From positions 74,400,001-74,464,000 of the forward strand of contig OX597815.1 in the NCBI GenBank assembly GCA_951406725.2: a stretch of 64,000 nt of DNA, read 5' to 3'. The notes below the pieces were generated by a model that was not told the origin of the DNA, did no database searches, and saw nothing but the letters and a program-made list of their open reading frames with translations. Below are positions 28,177 to 40,198 of this stretch, piece by piece (the first letter of the stretch is position 1; each line of letters begins with the position of its first letter). The translations under genes were made by a program, and so were the position numbers. This DNA comes from Octopus vulgaris (lineage: Eukaryota).

Positions 28177-28557
28177 AGTTCATGCAAAATTTGTTATATC
28201 TCCTGTCTCAAAAGGTTTTATTTTTAAACAATCTTTTTGAAAGAAACAATAAAACTGAGTTAGTGGAGAAGTGATGATTTAAGTGTATTCTCAGAAGATA
28301 ACAAGGAACCAAAGTGATTATGCTAGTTCTACATCTGGGTGATATAAAAGGTCACAGTGAACTCTAGATAAAACGTCAAGTTGGAATACCAAAGAAGAAC
28401 TAACAAAGGGCTGTTAATAGTTTTGATTCTTGCTGCAAACAATGTAGTGTGGCAAGCAGCACAAACAAATAAAAGATTGTAGAGCAAAATAAAAAGAGAA
28501 AAATCTAATAGAACCGGATTTTTGTGGTTATTCAAATAATTTCTGCTGTTAATTTTC
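28177..28557. repeat. Second copy of 23254-23648, in the last TOM1-like intron
   Basis: Same orientation, highly similar by eye. Confidence 0.85.
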
Positions 28558-29081
28558 CATAATTTTCATGTATATGCAGACCTGTGCAGTTCATGCATGC
28601 AAGTCTCCTCGTATCACATCACTGGTGTTTATTCAAGGAAAAGGCCACTGACTTGAGCCAATACAGCTTGATGTCAGTATCATTGCAAATATTATTGTCA
28701 GAATGTAAAGAGCCAGAACAGATGCTGCAAGATATTTTTCTTTATCATTTCACAGTTTTGCTAATCAATGGATGAAAGGTAATTATTGTTGACCTCAACA
28801 GGATTTGAACTTAGAACACAAAATCAAATTAAATGCTGTAAGACATTCCATCCCACACTCTAACACTGTTACCAGTTTGCTGACTTGAATAACAATCAAG
28901 TCAGTATTTTTACTTAATCCCAAGTTTGTTATGTACTAAAATGGTTAAGACAACAATCCCATCATTTGAAAAGTAACATATAAAACAAAGAAGTAAGTAG
29001 AAATGTGAGTGGAAACAGTTAAAAAAATGTTTCATATTAACAGTAGAAATATGGATTATGTATATAAAATAGTTAACTAAC

Positions 29082-29115
29082 CTGAACTGCTTATGGATTC
29101 TGTAGCTTGTCCATC
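29082..29115 (-). CDS. TOM1L2: TOM1/TOM1L2-like 34-nt exon (DGQATESISSS)
   Basis: aatAG to CAG|GTTAGT. Supplies the phase 0-to-1 shift needed for the last exon and aligns with EEGVTSE. Confidence 0.8.
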
Positions 29116-30026
29116 CTATTAATATATAAAATTTTGACATTTTTTAAAAAACAAAAATATTTTCAACTGCAACATACTATTAAAGAATATATGAATTATA
29201 TATATCTATGTGTGTATATATTATAAAAATACATAAAATTCTGGCATTTTTTAAAAAACAAAAGTAATGATATTTTTAACTGCAACATAGAATTAAATGT
29301 GCTCCTTTAATAAAGATAGGTCAAGATGTCAGTTGTTAACAAAAAACCAGATTTGTTTAAACCACTTATGTAGTAGATCCAATCTATTAGTAGCAGTTAC
29401 CTGCCATTATTAAAACAGATATTATTTATATTAAAAACGACCATTTTATTTTACTAAACTCTTCAATATATTCAAAATTATTGAAACGAAGAGAGAATAT
29501 GCCAATAGAAATTTGGTAACAAAAGGGTTAATATGTTTTGAGGAATCCAGAGTAAAAGTTGTTCAACTTGGTTGCAAAACATTTGGTTATTATATTTAAT
29601 ACTTTTAAACTTTTTTTTCACTATAAATGAGGCAAGTATATGGCATTGATGAGCAGAAAATACTGCAAAATATTGATAAATGCCTTTCTCATTTACTTCT
29701 AGGATGGTTTTGATTTGCCTAGCTTTGAAGTATACTGTTTTTTTTTCTTTTTTAATGCTGTAAGTCTTCAAAAGGATTTCCCATAGATGAAATACTGCAG
29801 CTAAAAGCATTTAACAACACATAGATTAAGTATGTGAAATTGATAATAGACAACAGATGTGAAAGTGTGACTTAATAGTAAATGTCAAAGTGATGTGTGC
29901 ATAGACATTTCAATTGGTATGCATGAAGGTACCTATAAAACAACACATTCCACTGATTACAGGCATCAGACTGTAGCTAGGTTATCCAGATATTAAACAC
30001 ACACAAAATCATGAAGAGGGACTTAC

Positions 30027-30077
30027 ACTGGCTAACCATTGTGCCATCTCCTTCAAGTCTTCTTCTTTATCAGACAG
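30027..30077 (-). CDS. TOM1L2: TOM1/TOM1L2-like exon with xxWL motif (LSDKEEDLKEMAQWLAS)
   Basis: Strong pyrimidine tract plus AG, donor GTAAGT, 51 nt, phase 0-0. Positionally equivalent to MDDIEVWLRT (myosin VI-binding IExWL). Confidence 0.85.
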
Positions 30078-30118
30078 CTAAGAAAAGAAAAAGAGAAAAT
30101 ATATTAGAAACATAAGGA

Positions 30119-30164
<46 letters not shown>

Positions 30165-30329
30165 ATAGAGAGAGAGAGAGAGAGAGAGTTAGAAATTACA
30201 TATCTGAGATTAGTGGCTAAAATTATAAGTGCAAATCTTTTATTTAGAATGTATGCTTACAATATTTACAGTCATACATCTAACAATATCAAGTTGCTAC
30301 AAGAGATGCTAGATGTAAGATATGTTTAA

Positions 30330-31120
30330 CAAAGGGAGAAGCTGACAAAACGAAGTTTGTACATGTTCTGTGACACAAGGAACAGGGGTGTGAAATAATC
30401 CAGATTGCAAAGCTGTGCACAAGAGAGGACTGAAAATTGTTGAATAAGGAGAATGTATGGGAAAGAGAAGGTCTACTCCAAGTAGATCCAACAGAGGGGC
30501 CTGACAACAGTAGGGTCACAAATACAATTATGAAAATGAAGGTAGGGGAGGTGGGTAGACTAATGAAATGATTCCAAGAAATGTTTGAACAGCTCCCTAG
30601 AGATAGTTGATAGCTTTTGTTGCATAAGTGACCTAATTAGTAGTGAGATGAATACTAAAAGCATTGTATCTATAGTAAGAACAGGGTGGGAAAAGTTCAT
30701 GGAGCTGTTACCTCTGCTTGCAACAGAGTAAGGGGTAAATTGTGTAATGCTTATACATAAAGTATGATGCTGCATATCAGCAAAATATGGACCTTCAATA
30801 TAGATGTGTAATGGTTAGAAAGAAATGAAGTAAGTATGCTCTATTGGATATGTAATGTTAATGTGTGTGAACAACAGAGCACAAATGAGCTGAGAGAAAA
30901 GTTGCATGTATCTTTATGTAGTATGCAAGAGAGAAGACTGTGCTGGGTACATGGAAGGTGATAGTTGTATAATGAATTGTTGAGTGCTCAAAGTTGATGG
31001 AAAAGGGGGACAAGGTAGGATGAAGTGATGAAGCTGACACTCTTGAACGAGATATCAAAAAACAATAGTGATGAATGGTGACATGAAGTGCTGGAAATGA
31101 TCTGACCACTGGTCAAAATA
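30330..31120 (+). mobile_element. Highly decayed RTE-type LINE 3' fragment
   Basis: Remnant peptides LEIVDSFCC, RTGWEKFMELLPLL and LERNEVSMLYWIC resemble the RTE C-terminal region; many indels. Confidence 0.6.
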
Positions 31121-33167
31121 TTGTTAAAATGATAGCAGTAATAGAAGCGAGGATGTATGTCCACACTGAGTTTCTCATCTATTATATTCCTATTAAATCT
31201 CCATTCACTGACCTCTTTGTTACTTTCTCATCTACCATTTATCTTCTCTTCTTATTCACTGTATCACAGTACCACATGTAGCTATGGATGACAATTAATC
31301 AGTCCTTATTTAATCACCTATTTATCACTCCACTCCTCTTCCATCGCACAAATATGTAACAAGGGATGATACTAGCTTTGTCCATATCCAGTATTCCCTA
31401 CCATCATCCTTCTTTACTGCTTACCATCACTTGCTTGCTCTCTCCTCCACTTTATCACTAGTCATCATCATCCACCTCTCACATTTACTGTTACTCATAT
31501 CTACTGCTAGCTTTGCATTACTATCATTCATATTTTGCTATCCATTAAACTTCTCATGTAGGCTTCTTATTCAATCTCCTTACCAATAATCAGTATGTAG
31601 CTGCCTATCATATTTCTCTTCCATTACTCCCTCTCCTACCATCCTTTCCCACCTATCACTCTATTTCTCTTCTTTCACTCTTTCAGTTATCACTATCTTT
31701 TATTTACTCTCTCAGTCAAGTTTGCCTTGAGCAAACAAAATGACATAGGGTGGAGAGGACTCTTTAGTCTTACAGGGAATATGACAACCACTGTAGTGCT
31801 GGTGCCATGATAAAATGCACCCAGTACACTGTTAAGCAGTTGGTGTTAGGAAGGGCATCCAACAAGAGAAACCATACTAAAAATGAAACATGCAAGCAAG
31901 ACCTGGTCCTTTGACCCAGTTAGGAGAGAGCAGTAGCTCTAAATAAAACTGATTTGAACTGTAATGACTCATCCAACCATTGCTAACAGAAAAAAAAATG
32001 ATGAGGATGAGATTACATTTTGACAGGTTTGATCTTTAACTATCATTAGATGAGTAAATAATCTCTACTAGATTTGAACTAGGTTAATCTTTATGTATCT
32101 TTATGCAGTATTCCTTCCAGTGGTTAAAAATGTTATAGTTAATTTGGTTGAACTCAAAAGTAGATAAAGCTATAAGTGTGTAAATAATGGGCTAAAAAAT
32201 CCCATTGGATAGTAAAAATTGAAGGCTGTCTGAGGGCTCTTGTCTACTTTGAGTTCAAGCATTAAAAAACAAATAATTTCACGTCTCTCAAAGTTTTTGA
32301 ATTCTTATTACAATTAGTTTGAATGCAAGTCTAGGACTTAAGAACTATGAATACATCTAAGAATAAAACTTGACAGTTAGTGAACAATCAAGAAAGAAAA
32401 AAGTGTAGATGTAATGACAAGGTAAGCGGTTTGAAAAAATTATAATGCTATATAGATAGTTGCAGAGAGTAACATAACATTAGAGAGTGAATATAATAGA
32501 AGTTGCTATACGTGTATATATACATATATATATATGTATATATATATGAAAGAAAGTTTGAAAATGCAATTTTGTGGTATCTTACAACTTCACTTTGTTA
32601 TATATGTGTAAACACATACATATATCAAAAGAAAAAACTGTATGAATGCAGGGCGTCAACATAATCCTAGCCATTACTAAAACAAATCAAAGTATCTATC
32701 TATCTATCTATAGGTAGATAGATAGATATACACATGAAAAAATATACAACAAAATAATGGTTATTATTTTAAGTAGCACTTCTTTTGGCTCTTTACATTC
32801 TGAGTTCAAATCTTACCATGGTCAACTTTGCCTTTCAGCTTATCATGGTCCATGAAAATAGAGTGCCAGTTGAGCACTAGGGCCAATGCTGGTCTTGTTC
32901 CAAAAGTCATCATTACGACTACTATTATTATTTCCTGAGGTGTTTGCTTTTATTTTATTTTTCTTTCTACACTGGCATAAGAGCACAAATTTATTTAGAA
33001 GGACTAATAAGTATAACTAATAGTGAAATGGGATCTCAATGAGATTCAATCTCAGAATGTAAAGAGATGTAATCAACTAATAGAAGGTATTTTTCCTACT
33101 GCCCCACCAATTCAAAGCTAGCATTTGTAGTAGTTGTAGTAGCAGTAGTAAATGAAATAACTATTTA

Positions 33168-34497
33168 TAATTTTGGTACAAAACCAGCAATTTTGAGCAC
33201 TGGAGTTGATAATATCAAGTAACTCCAGTTGATACTATCAACTCCAATAGAATTTGAACTCAGAATACAAAGGGTTGGAAGAAATGCTGCTAGGCACCCT
33301 GTACTAAGGATTCTGTCAGATTGCTGCCTTAATTCATTCTTTTTAATTTTGGCATAAAGCCAGCAATTTTAAGGGAGCAGGGCAAGTTGATTATATCGCT
33401 CTCAGTACTTAAATGCTACTTTATTTTATGATCCCTAAAAAAGATTTAAATGCAAAGTTAACCTCAGCGGAATTTGAACTATGAATGTAAAGACCCCAAA
33501 GAGATGCTGCTATGTGCTTTATGCAATGCATTAATGATCATGTTACCAGCTTGCCACCTTTTGAATAATAATCTTTTCTACTATACATACAAGGCCTGAA
33601 ATTTTGATGGGGTAGGATGGCTAGTTGATTACATTAACCCCAGTACTTGACTGTTACTTATTTTACTGAGCATGAAAGTCACCCTTCATGGCATTTGAAC
33701 TCAGAGGGTAAAGCTGGGAGAAAAGTTGCAAAGCATTTTGTTCAGCGTATTAGTGATTCTGCTGGCTTTCTACAACAACAACAACAATAATAATAATAAT
33801 AATGGTTTCAAATTTTGGCACAAGGCCAGCACGTTTGGGTGAGGGAGGGCTAGTTGATTACATCAATCCCAGTGTGTACTGGTACTTACTTTATCAACCC
33901 CGAAAGGATGAAAGTCAAAGTCAACCTTGGTGGAAATTAAATTCAGAATATAAAGACAGACAAAATGCTGCTAAGCCTTTTACCCAGTGCTAATAATTCT
34001 GCTAGCATGCTACCTTAAAATTAATGATAATAATGATTTCAAATTTTGGCACCAGGCCAACAATTTTGGGGAAGAGACTAATTGATTATAATGACCTCAG
34101 TGCATAACTGATACTTATTTCATTGACCCTGAAAGGATGAAAGGCAAAGTTGACCTTGTTGTAATCTGAGCTCAGAATGAAAAGACGGACGAAATACTAC
34201 TAAGCATTTTGCCCAGCATACTAATGATTCTACCAGCTCACAGCCTTAAAAATATTAATAATAATAATCCTTTCTACTATAGGCACAAGGCCTGAAATTT
34301 TAGGGGAGGGGGACCAGTTGATTATATCGACCCCAGTGTTTCACTAGTGCTTAATTTATCAACCCCAAAAGGATAAAGGGCAATGTTGATCTCAGCAGAA
34401 TTTGAACTCAGAATGTAGAGATGGGCAAAATACCGCTAAGCATTTCATCCAGCATGCCAATGATTCTTCCGACCCACAGCCTTAATAATAATAATAA
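33168..34497 (-). mobile_element. Head-to-tail array of about six family-D SINEs
   Basis: Units start near 33168, 33345, 33570, 33803, 34035 and 34268, all in the same orientation, mostly joined by (AAT)n. Confidence 0.85.
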
Positions 34498-34950
34498 AAA
34501 TCACATTAGTATTTTATGTAAATGACAAATATTTTGATGAACAGTGAAATATACTGTTGGAATAAGCATAGGTGAGAAATATGAGCTGAGTTGGTTGCAA
34601 CAATGTGAGATCTCTTCTAACTTGGTACACACAAAATCTATAATACAGTGCCACTGGTGAACTGGAAAGCAAGTGATAGATACAAAAAAATTCAAAGACA
34701 AAAGTAAAACATTGTTTTAATCATACAAAATACACAGAAATGATTTGTAAAAATTCTCCTGATCGAGCCATGTGCCAGCTTGGAAAAAATATTGTGATTG
34801 CATTACAAATGCAGTTATACAATGAAGGTCTTTGGCAAACATAACGCAGGGAGACACAAGTGATTAAATATGTGTGGATAATAAACATTCAAAATAAATA
34901 CTGTTTCTGACTACACTTCTTGCCATGCAGCCAACTTTATAGGCATATAA

Positions 34951-34985
<35 letters not shown>

Positions 34986-35335
34986 CAAGTGGAGGACTTC
35001 AATATAACTGACAAGAAAAGATAGCACACAGACAACTGGACAAACATGGCAACTGATGACCATTTTCACAATGGAAAAGAAATAGTGGAAAAAAAAAAAG
35101 AAAAACAGAAAAAGATATTATTGCAATGACATTGTAAGTAAAAACACTATAAATCAAATAAGCATGCAATAAAGTAGAGAGGTAGAGAAAGAGAAAGAGA
35201 GAGAGATGGGTTTGGACAGAAGATAGTGAGAGAAACAAGAGATTAATATATTTTAATAATCGCTTGCTACTCTGGGGTTTTGTCTGAAGGTCCCGTGCAC
35301 CCACAAATGAAACAGAGTAGCAAGAGACAACTCAG

Positions 35336-35388
<53 letters not shown>

Positions 35389-36230
35389 ATAGAGATGTAT
35401 AGCTATAAAGAAATGAATAGAATAAGTTATATAGAAACTGAAAAAGTGAGAGAAAACAATAGAGAAAGAGAAAGCAAGATATTTAAAGTAAGATAGAGAA
35501 ATGAAACCTGTACACCTTTCATGCAAGGACAAATTCCAGGACAACTGAATCCTTATGTTCACTTTTTATTATTTATTTGGAAAACTGTTACTAGCAATAC
35601 AGAAATTATGCATGTAGAGACTGGGGGACGAGGGAATCGGTGGTGCTGCAGTGAATTAACACCAGTTGGTTGCAAAGTATTGGGTGTTGTTGTCCAGACA
35701 TGAAAGGATCAACAAAGTTCCATGGATGATTCTCTTTATTACAAAAAAAACCCAAAATACTTTCTTTGGAAATTTATACTAAGGTTAAAACTAAGATTAA
35801 TAAAATTATAATTGAGGAGAAAAAAACCTCAATCTCCTTAAAATAATTCTAATATATGTAAAAAGCTTGTGTGTTTAAATATTTTCATAATTTTGCTACT
35901 TTTAATAAGAATAATTCTTACAAATAAAGAAAGATATTGTTGAAAATTAGATACCAGTAAGGAAAATAAAATCTTAATTTAATTTAGCTCAGTACTTAAA
36001 AAAAAAAAACTAAACAAGTTTCTTAAAAGAAATGAAAAATATTTCAAAAATGATAGATACAAGCTCATCAAGACACTGTAGTTGATAGGTATTATAAATT
36101 ATTTGTGTGTGTGTGTGTATATATATATATATTTATATATTTATATACACACACAGACTTACATAAAATAAATCATTTTTTTTCAAAGGTGGAACTCTAT
36201 GTAGATAAAGCTATAGACAATAGTGTTTAA

Positions 36231-37647
36231 ATCATCCTTCATCCTTGCACATGTTCAGTTCACTGCTGGACAAACGCCTCGGTATGTTCTCTCCACCAAC
36301 CATAGTCTGATATTTTCCTGATCCATGTTTGGGTGCTAAAGAATTTAACAAAGTCTTTATTCCAATTTCTGCATGGTTTTCTCCACCTTCTTTTTCAAGA
36401 TGTAGTATCCACTCAATCAATTTCGTATTCAATTCATTGTCCTTTCTTCTAAATGCATGTCCCATGAAAGACCATTTCAGAGTTTTTATTTTCTAGATAA
36501 TATCCATTAAATCTTGTCACTCTTATCCTGCTGTTTCTTCACTTATCCATTTTGTTAATCTTCAGCATTTTCCTTTCCATAGCTCTGTGTTGTTCTTAAT
36601 TTACTTTCGATGCTCTTGTTGATAGTTCATATTTCTGATGCATACATAATGGTAGATAGCACACACTGGTGGAAAATGTTTCTTTTTAGACATATGATAA
36701 CCATCCTAATTGTATTCATCATTCAATTTCTTTGGCCTGTTTTCATTCTTTAATCATATTATTTGTCCAAGATAGGTGTACTGGTTTACATGTTCAACTA
36801 CTTCATCATCTATTACTACATTCCCAGCTGTTGGAGATTATCTTCATTTTATCAATACTAATATTAATTCTGAGTCCACATATTTTGCTTTCTTCTTTTA
36901 GTTCTCTGAACATTTCTGTTGATTCTTTAATGCTCCTGGAAATAAGTACATTATCAACACTGAATTTGAGATGATTTAGGATGCATTCATTTATATTTAT
37001 TCCTTTATCTGACTAATATAAGTTTATAGAATCCTTTTCTAAGACAGATGTGAATAATTTGGGTGATATGGTGTCTCCTTGTCTTACTCCTTTACCACTT
37101 TTGATATCAACTACTTTGTTGTTTATAGTTGCTGTGTACATATTCTCTAATAACTTCAAGTAGTCTCTTCCAATTCCCTTTTCCTCCAGTGCTCTTAAGT
37201 CTATTATCAATTTCCATGAAACCAAAAGCTTCTTCAAAATCTGCAAATGTTAAGCATATGTTGCAAGTTTGACATTTTTCGCTTAGTTGTTTTATAGCAT
37301 GTAAGTGGTCTATTGTGCTATAGTTTGTCTTGAAGCCTGCTTGTTCTGCTGCAATGTTCTCATCCAGCTTTCTCTCAATTCTTTTTGATATGACTTTTGA
37401 GAAGATCTTATAGATGTAGGAAATGGAAAGCAATAAAACTGCAGGTCCAGATGGAATTGAAATAAACAAAATAAAAGTGGTTGGACCAAGCACAGAAAAG
37501 GAACTAGCAAAACTATATACAAAATACCTACATGAACTTAAGATACTGGATATGTGGAAAAATTTTCCAAACTGATCTTTCTTTATAAAAAAGGGGATGC
37601 TAAAGATCTAAAGAACTACAAAAGTTCTATTATCACACATCTACAAG
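36231..37647 (-). mobile_element. 5'-truncated RTE-type LINE with inverted 5' segment (about 37419-37647)
   Basis: Minus-strand RT motifs EQAGF...STIDHL and GVRQGDTISPKLF; plus-strand segment NKTAGPDGI...KKGDAKDLKNY. Confidence 0.88.
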
Positions 37648-39540
37648 GGCTTAGATATTGGGTTAAAAACCCTTTGGATGGAAAAAAGTTGAAGGCTGCC
37701 CAATAGTTAAATGCTATCATTTATAGCTTCATCTACTTTGTGTTTCACTTTTAAAAACAATTTATTTCATGTCTCACCAAGTTTCTAAATTCTCATGACA
37801 TACATACACACACACATCTATGTGTGCATGTGCACGTGTGTGTGTGTATGTCTGTCAATCTATCTACCTGTCTGTCTATCTACCTACAAATATACACTAA
37901 GCCAAGAACAGGAGATAATGTCTGAAACAGAATCATACAAATGAACAATGAGATGTTTCATTATCAAAATATCTGTAAGACAGACAACCAAATTATAGTT
38001 TCAGCTCATCAGGATATTATCTAATTCATGTCAATTTGATATATATAGTTGTGTAACCGATAAATGGCACGCAGTATACTCTGTAAAGTGTGGAGTCAAG
38101 AGGAATCTTCAGTCTTGTCAAAGACATAGCAACCTCTTTATTGCTGGTACCATGTGAAACTGCATCCGGTCCATTCTGTAAAGTGGGTGTTGCTAGAAGC
38201 AGCATTTAGTTGTAGAATATCATGTAAAGCAGTGGGTCAAGCAGCTTTACTTATTTTATATTAAATACAGCAGTTATGTTAATGGTCCTTTGGTTATGAG
38301 CTCAGACCTTTACTATACCTACTTTCCATGTTAGCATGTGTTGTCACAGTCTGAGTCAGTTATTATTTGGGGTTAGGTGGTAGGGGCTTTAGTTCATTCT
38401 GGTTCTACACCTACTTCAGTGCCAAGTAATTAGCATTAGGAAGAACATTGCTTCAATGTCCAAAATCTGTAGCAACTAATCTTGGCTTTGCTATTAAGGT
38501 AAAATGGCTATAAAACAATGAAAGAGAAATAAATTGTTTATAAATTTTCTTCGTACATTGTAATTGGGAAGTGATAGTAATTGGGATGGAGTTTAAATCC
38601 TATCAGTTCTTTTGTTATTCTGCTGGTTTCAGCTATTAGACTTAATATTCCAGCTATTAAAAGTCATTAGTTACATTTCTCATTCAGTTTCTAAGAAACG
38701 GGGAATGAATGACAGAAAAATATAAAGAAAAAAAACTAAAAAAATTATAATCTAGTAGTTATTATTGGCCTATTTTCCTGCACCACTTATAAAGGACTAC
38801 CTCCAGTTCATATATTCCTACAGCACACTGGCACACATCATCCCTGTTTAACATCTGCCTTCTATGCTGGCATGGGTTGGACAGTTTGACAGGAGCTGGC
38901 CAAGCAGAAGACTGCACCAGACTTCTGTGTCCGTTTTGGCATAGTTTTTACAGCTGGATTGCCTTCCTAACACCAACTACTGCACAGAGTGGACAGAGTG
39001 CTTTTTACATGGCACCAGCACAGGCAAGGTCAGTTTTGGTATGGTTTTTACAGCTAGATGCCCTTCCAAATGTCAACCACTTTACAGTATGGACTGGATA
39101 CTTTTTATGTGGTACTAGCACTGGCAGGGTCACCAAGTAACTTGCAAGACAAGGAATCTTTGAGAGGGGAGGGGGAATTGGAGGAGGTCATCTTGTGTTA
39201 GATGATGAAAAGTTAGAATGTGACAGAGAAACACACTCACATAATATGTATGCAAGTGTGTGTGTTTTGATGGTCTTCATGCTTTGAGATCACATTCTAA
39301 TTGCAAACAAATGTCACTGTCATACAAGCAGTGTTGTTCATTTGTAATGGACAGACATGATTTCATGTTGGCCATTGTATTGTTCAGGTTTGAAGAACTA
39401 GGAGTAATATGTTATTTGGAAAGAGGTGAGAGTTGGTAACAGGAAGAAGATCCAGGCGTAGATAATTTGCCTCAGTGAACTTCGTTTGACCCATGCAAGC
39501 ATGGAAAAGCAGATATTAAAGTTATATATATATATATATA

Positions 39541-39772
39541 TCGTTGCTATTATGCAAAAGTGTCGTAAGTCCAAAACATTGCTTTTTCAGAAACGAAAAA
39601 ATAGTTTCACCATTCCATAGCAAAACTGTTGTACAACACTTTGACAATTTTTGATATTTTGGCATCTGAAGCAGCTGGAAATATGATAGTTTGACCAAAA
39701 GAACTAGTTAAGAATAAATATTGAAAAATATGCATTTGGTCAAATTTGGACATACAACAGTTTAACATAATT

Positions 39773-39778
<6 letters not shown>
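39541..39778. mobile_element. MITE-like element with degenerate ~34-bp TIRs inside (TA)n
   Basis: Left TCGTTGCTATTATGCAAAAGTGTCGTAAGTCCAAA versus reverse complement of right end TTGTTGAATTATGTTAAACTGTTGTATGTCCAAA; (TA)n on both sides. Confidence 0.6.
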
Positions 39779-39806
<28 letters not shown>

Positions 39807-40171
39807 ACTCATACACACAGTGTAAAAATGTAATAAGTGCAGCTATATAGTCTAACTAATAATATATATTTAAAGATTAAAATGAAAAGAAGCTAATTTT
39901 TTTTTTTCATACCTCTCTACATCTATTTTGCAACAAAATTGGAAAATAAAATACAAATACAAAAGAAGAAACCAAACCAGAAAACAAAATCAACTAAAAA
40001 AAATAATAATTAGATGCATCAAGTTCTTCTAAATGTTTGTCTACCCAGAAGTCACAACTACAACATTCCAACAATCTCATTCCCCAGTGGAAACAGTTCT
40101 TGCAGGAATTAGTCAGATGAAATGTTGTATTGGTAAACTAGAGCAGGTGACAAAGTGTAAGTTGACTTTAC

Positions 40172-40198
40172 CTCAAAAGAATCACCCATCGTGGGCAA
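40172..40198 (-). CDS. Candidate 27-nt in-frame microexon of the TOM1-like gene (LPTMGDSFE)
   Basis: Acceptor tatcttatttacttttcAG, donor GAG|GTAAAG, phase 0-0, no stop. No homology support and no transcript evidence. Confidence 0.55.

Noticed and set aside
31170-31720. Long CT-rich region
   Set aside because: Degenerate low-complexity sequence with no periodic unit or ORF I can support.
33168-34497. CRISPR-like or tRNA gene array
   Set aside because: Eukaryotic context; ~220-bp diverged units with SINE head and tail, no repeat-spacer pattern and no intact cloverleaf.
34755-34780. Exon encoding GTWLDQ as a second WL motif
   Set aside because: Wrong phase and no nearby GT donor; 30027-30077 fits much better.
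35255-35330. Additional TOM1 microexon after gggaccttcAG
   Set aside because: Available donors give 13 or 16 nt (frameshifting) and are weak.
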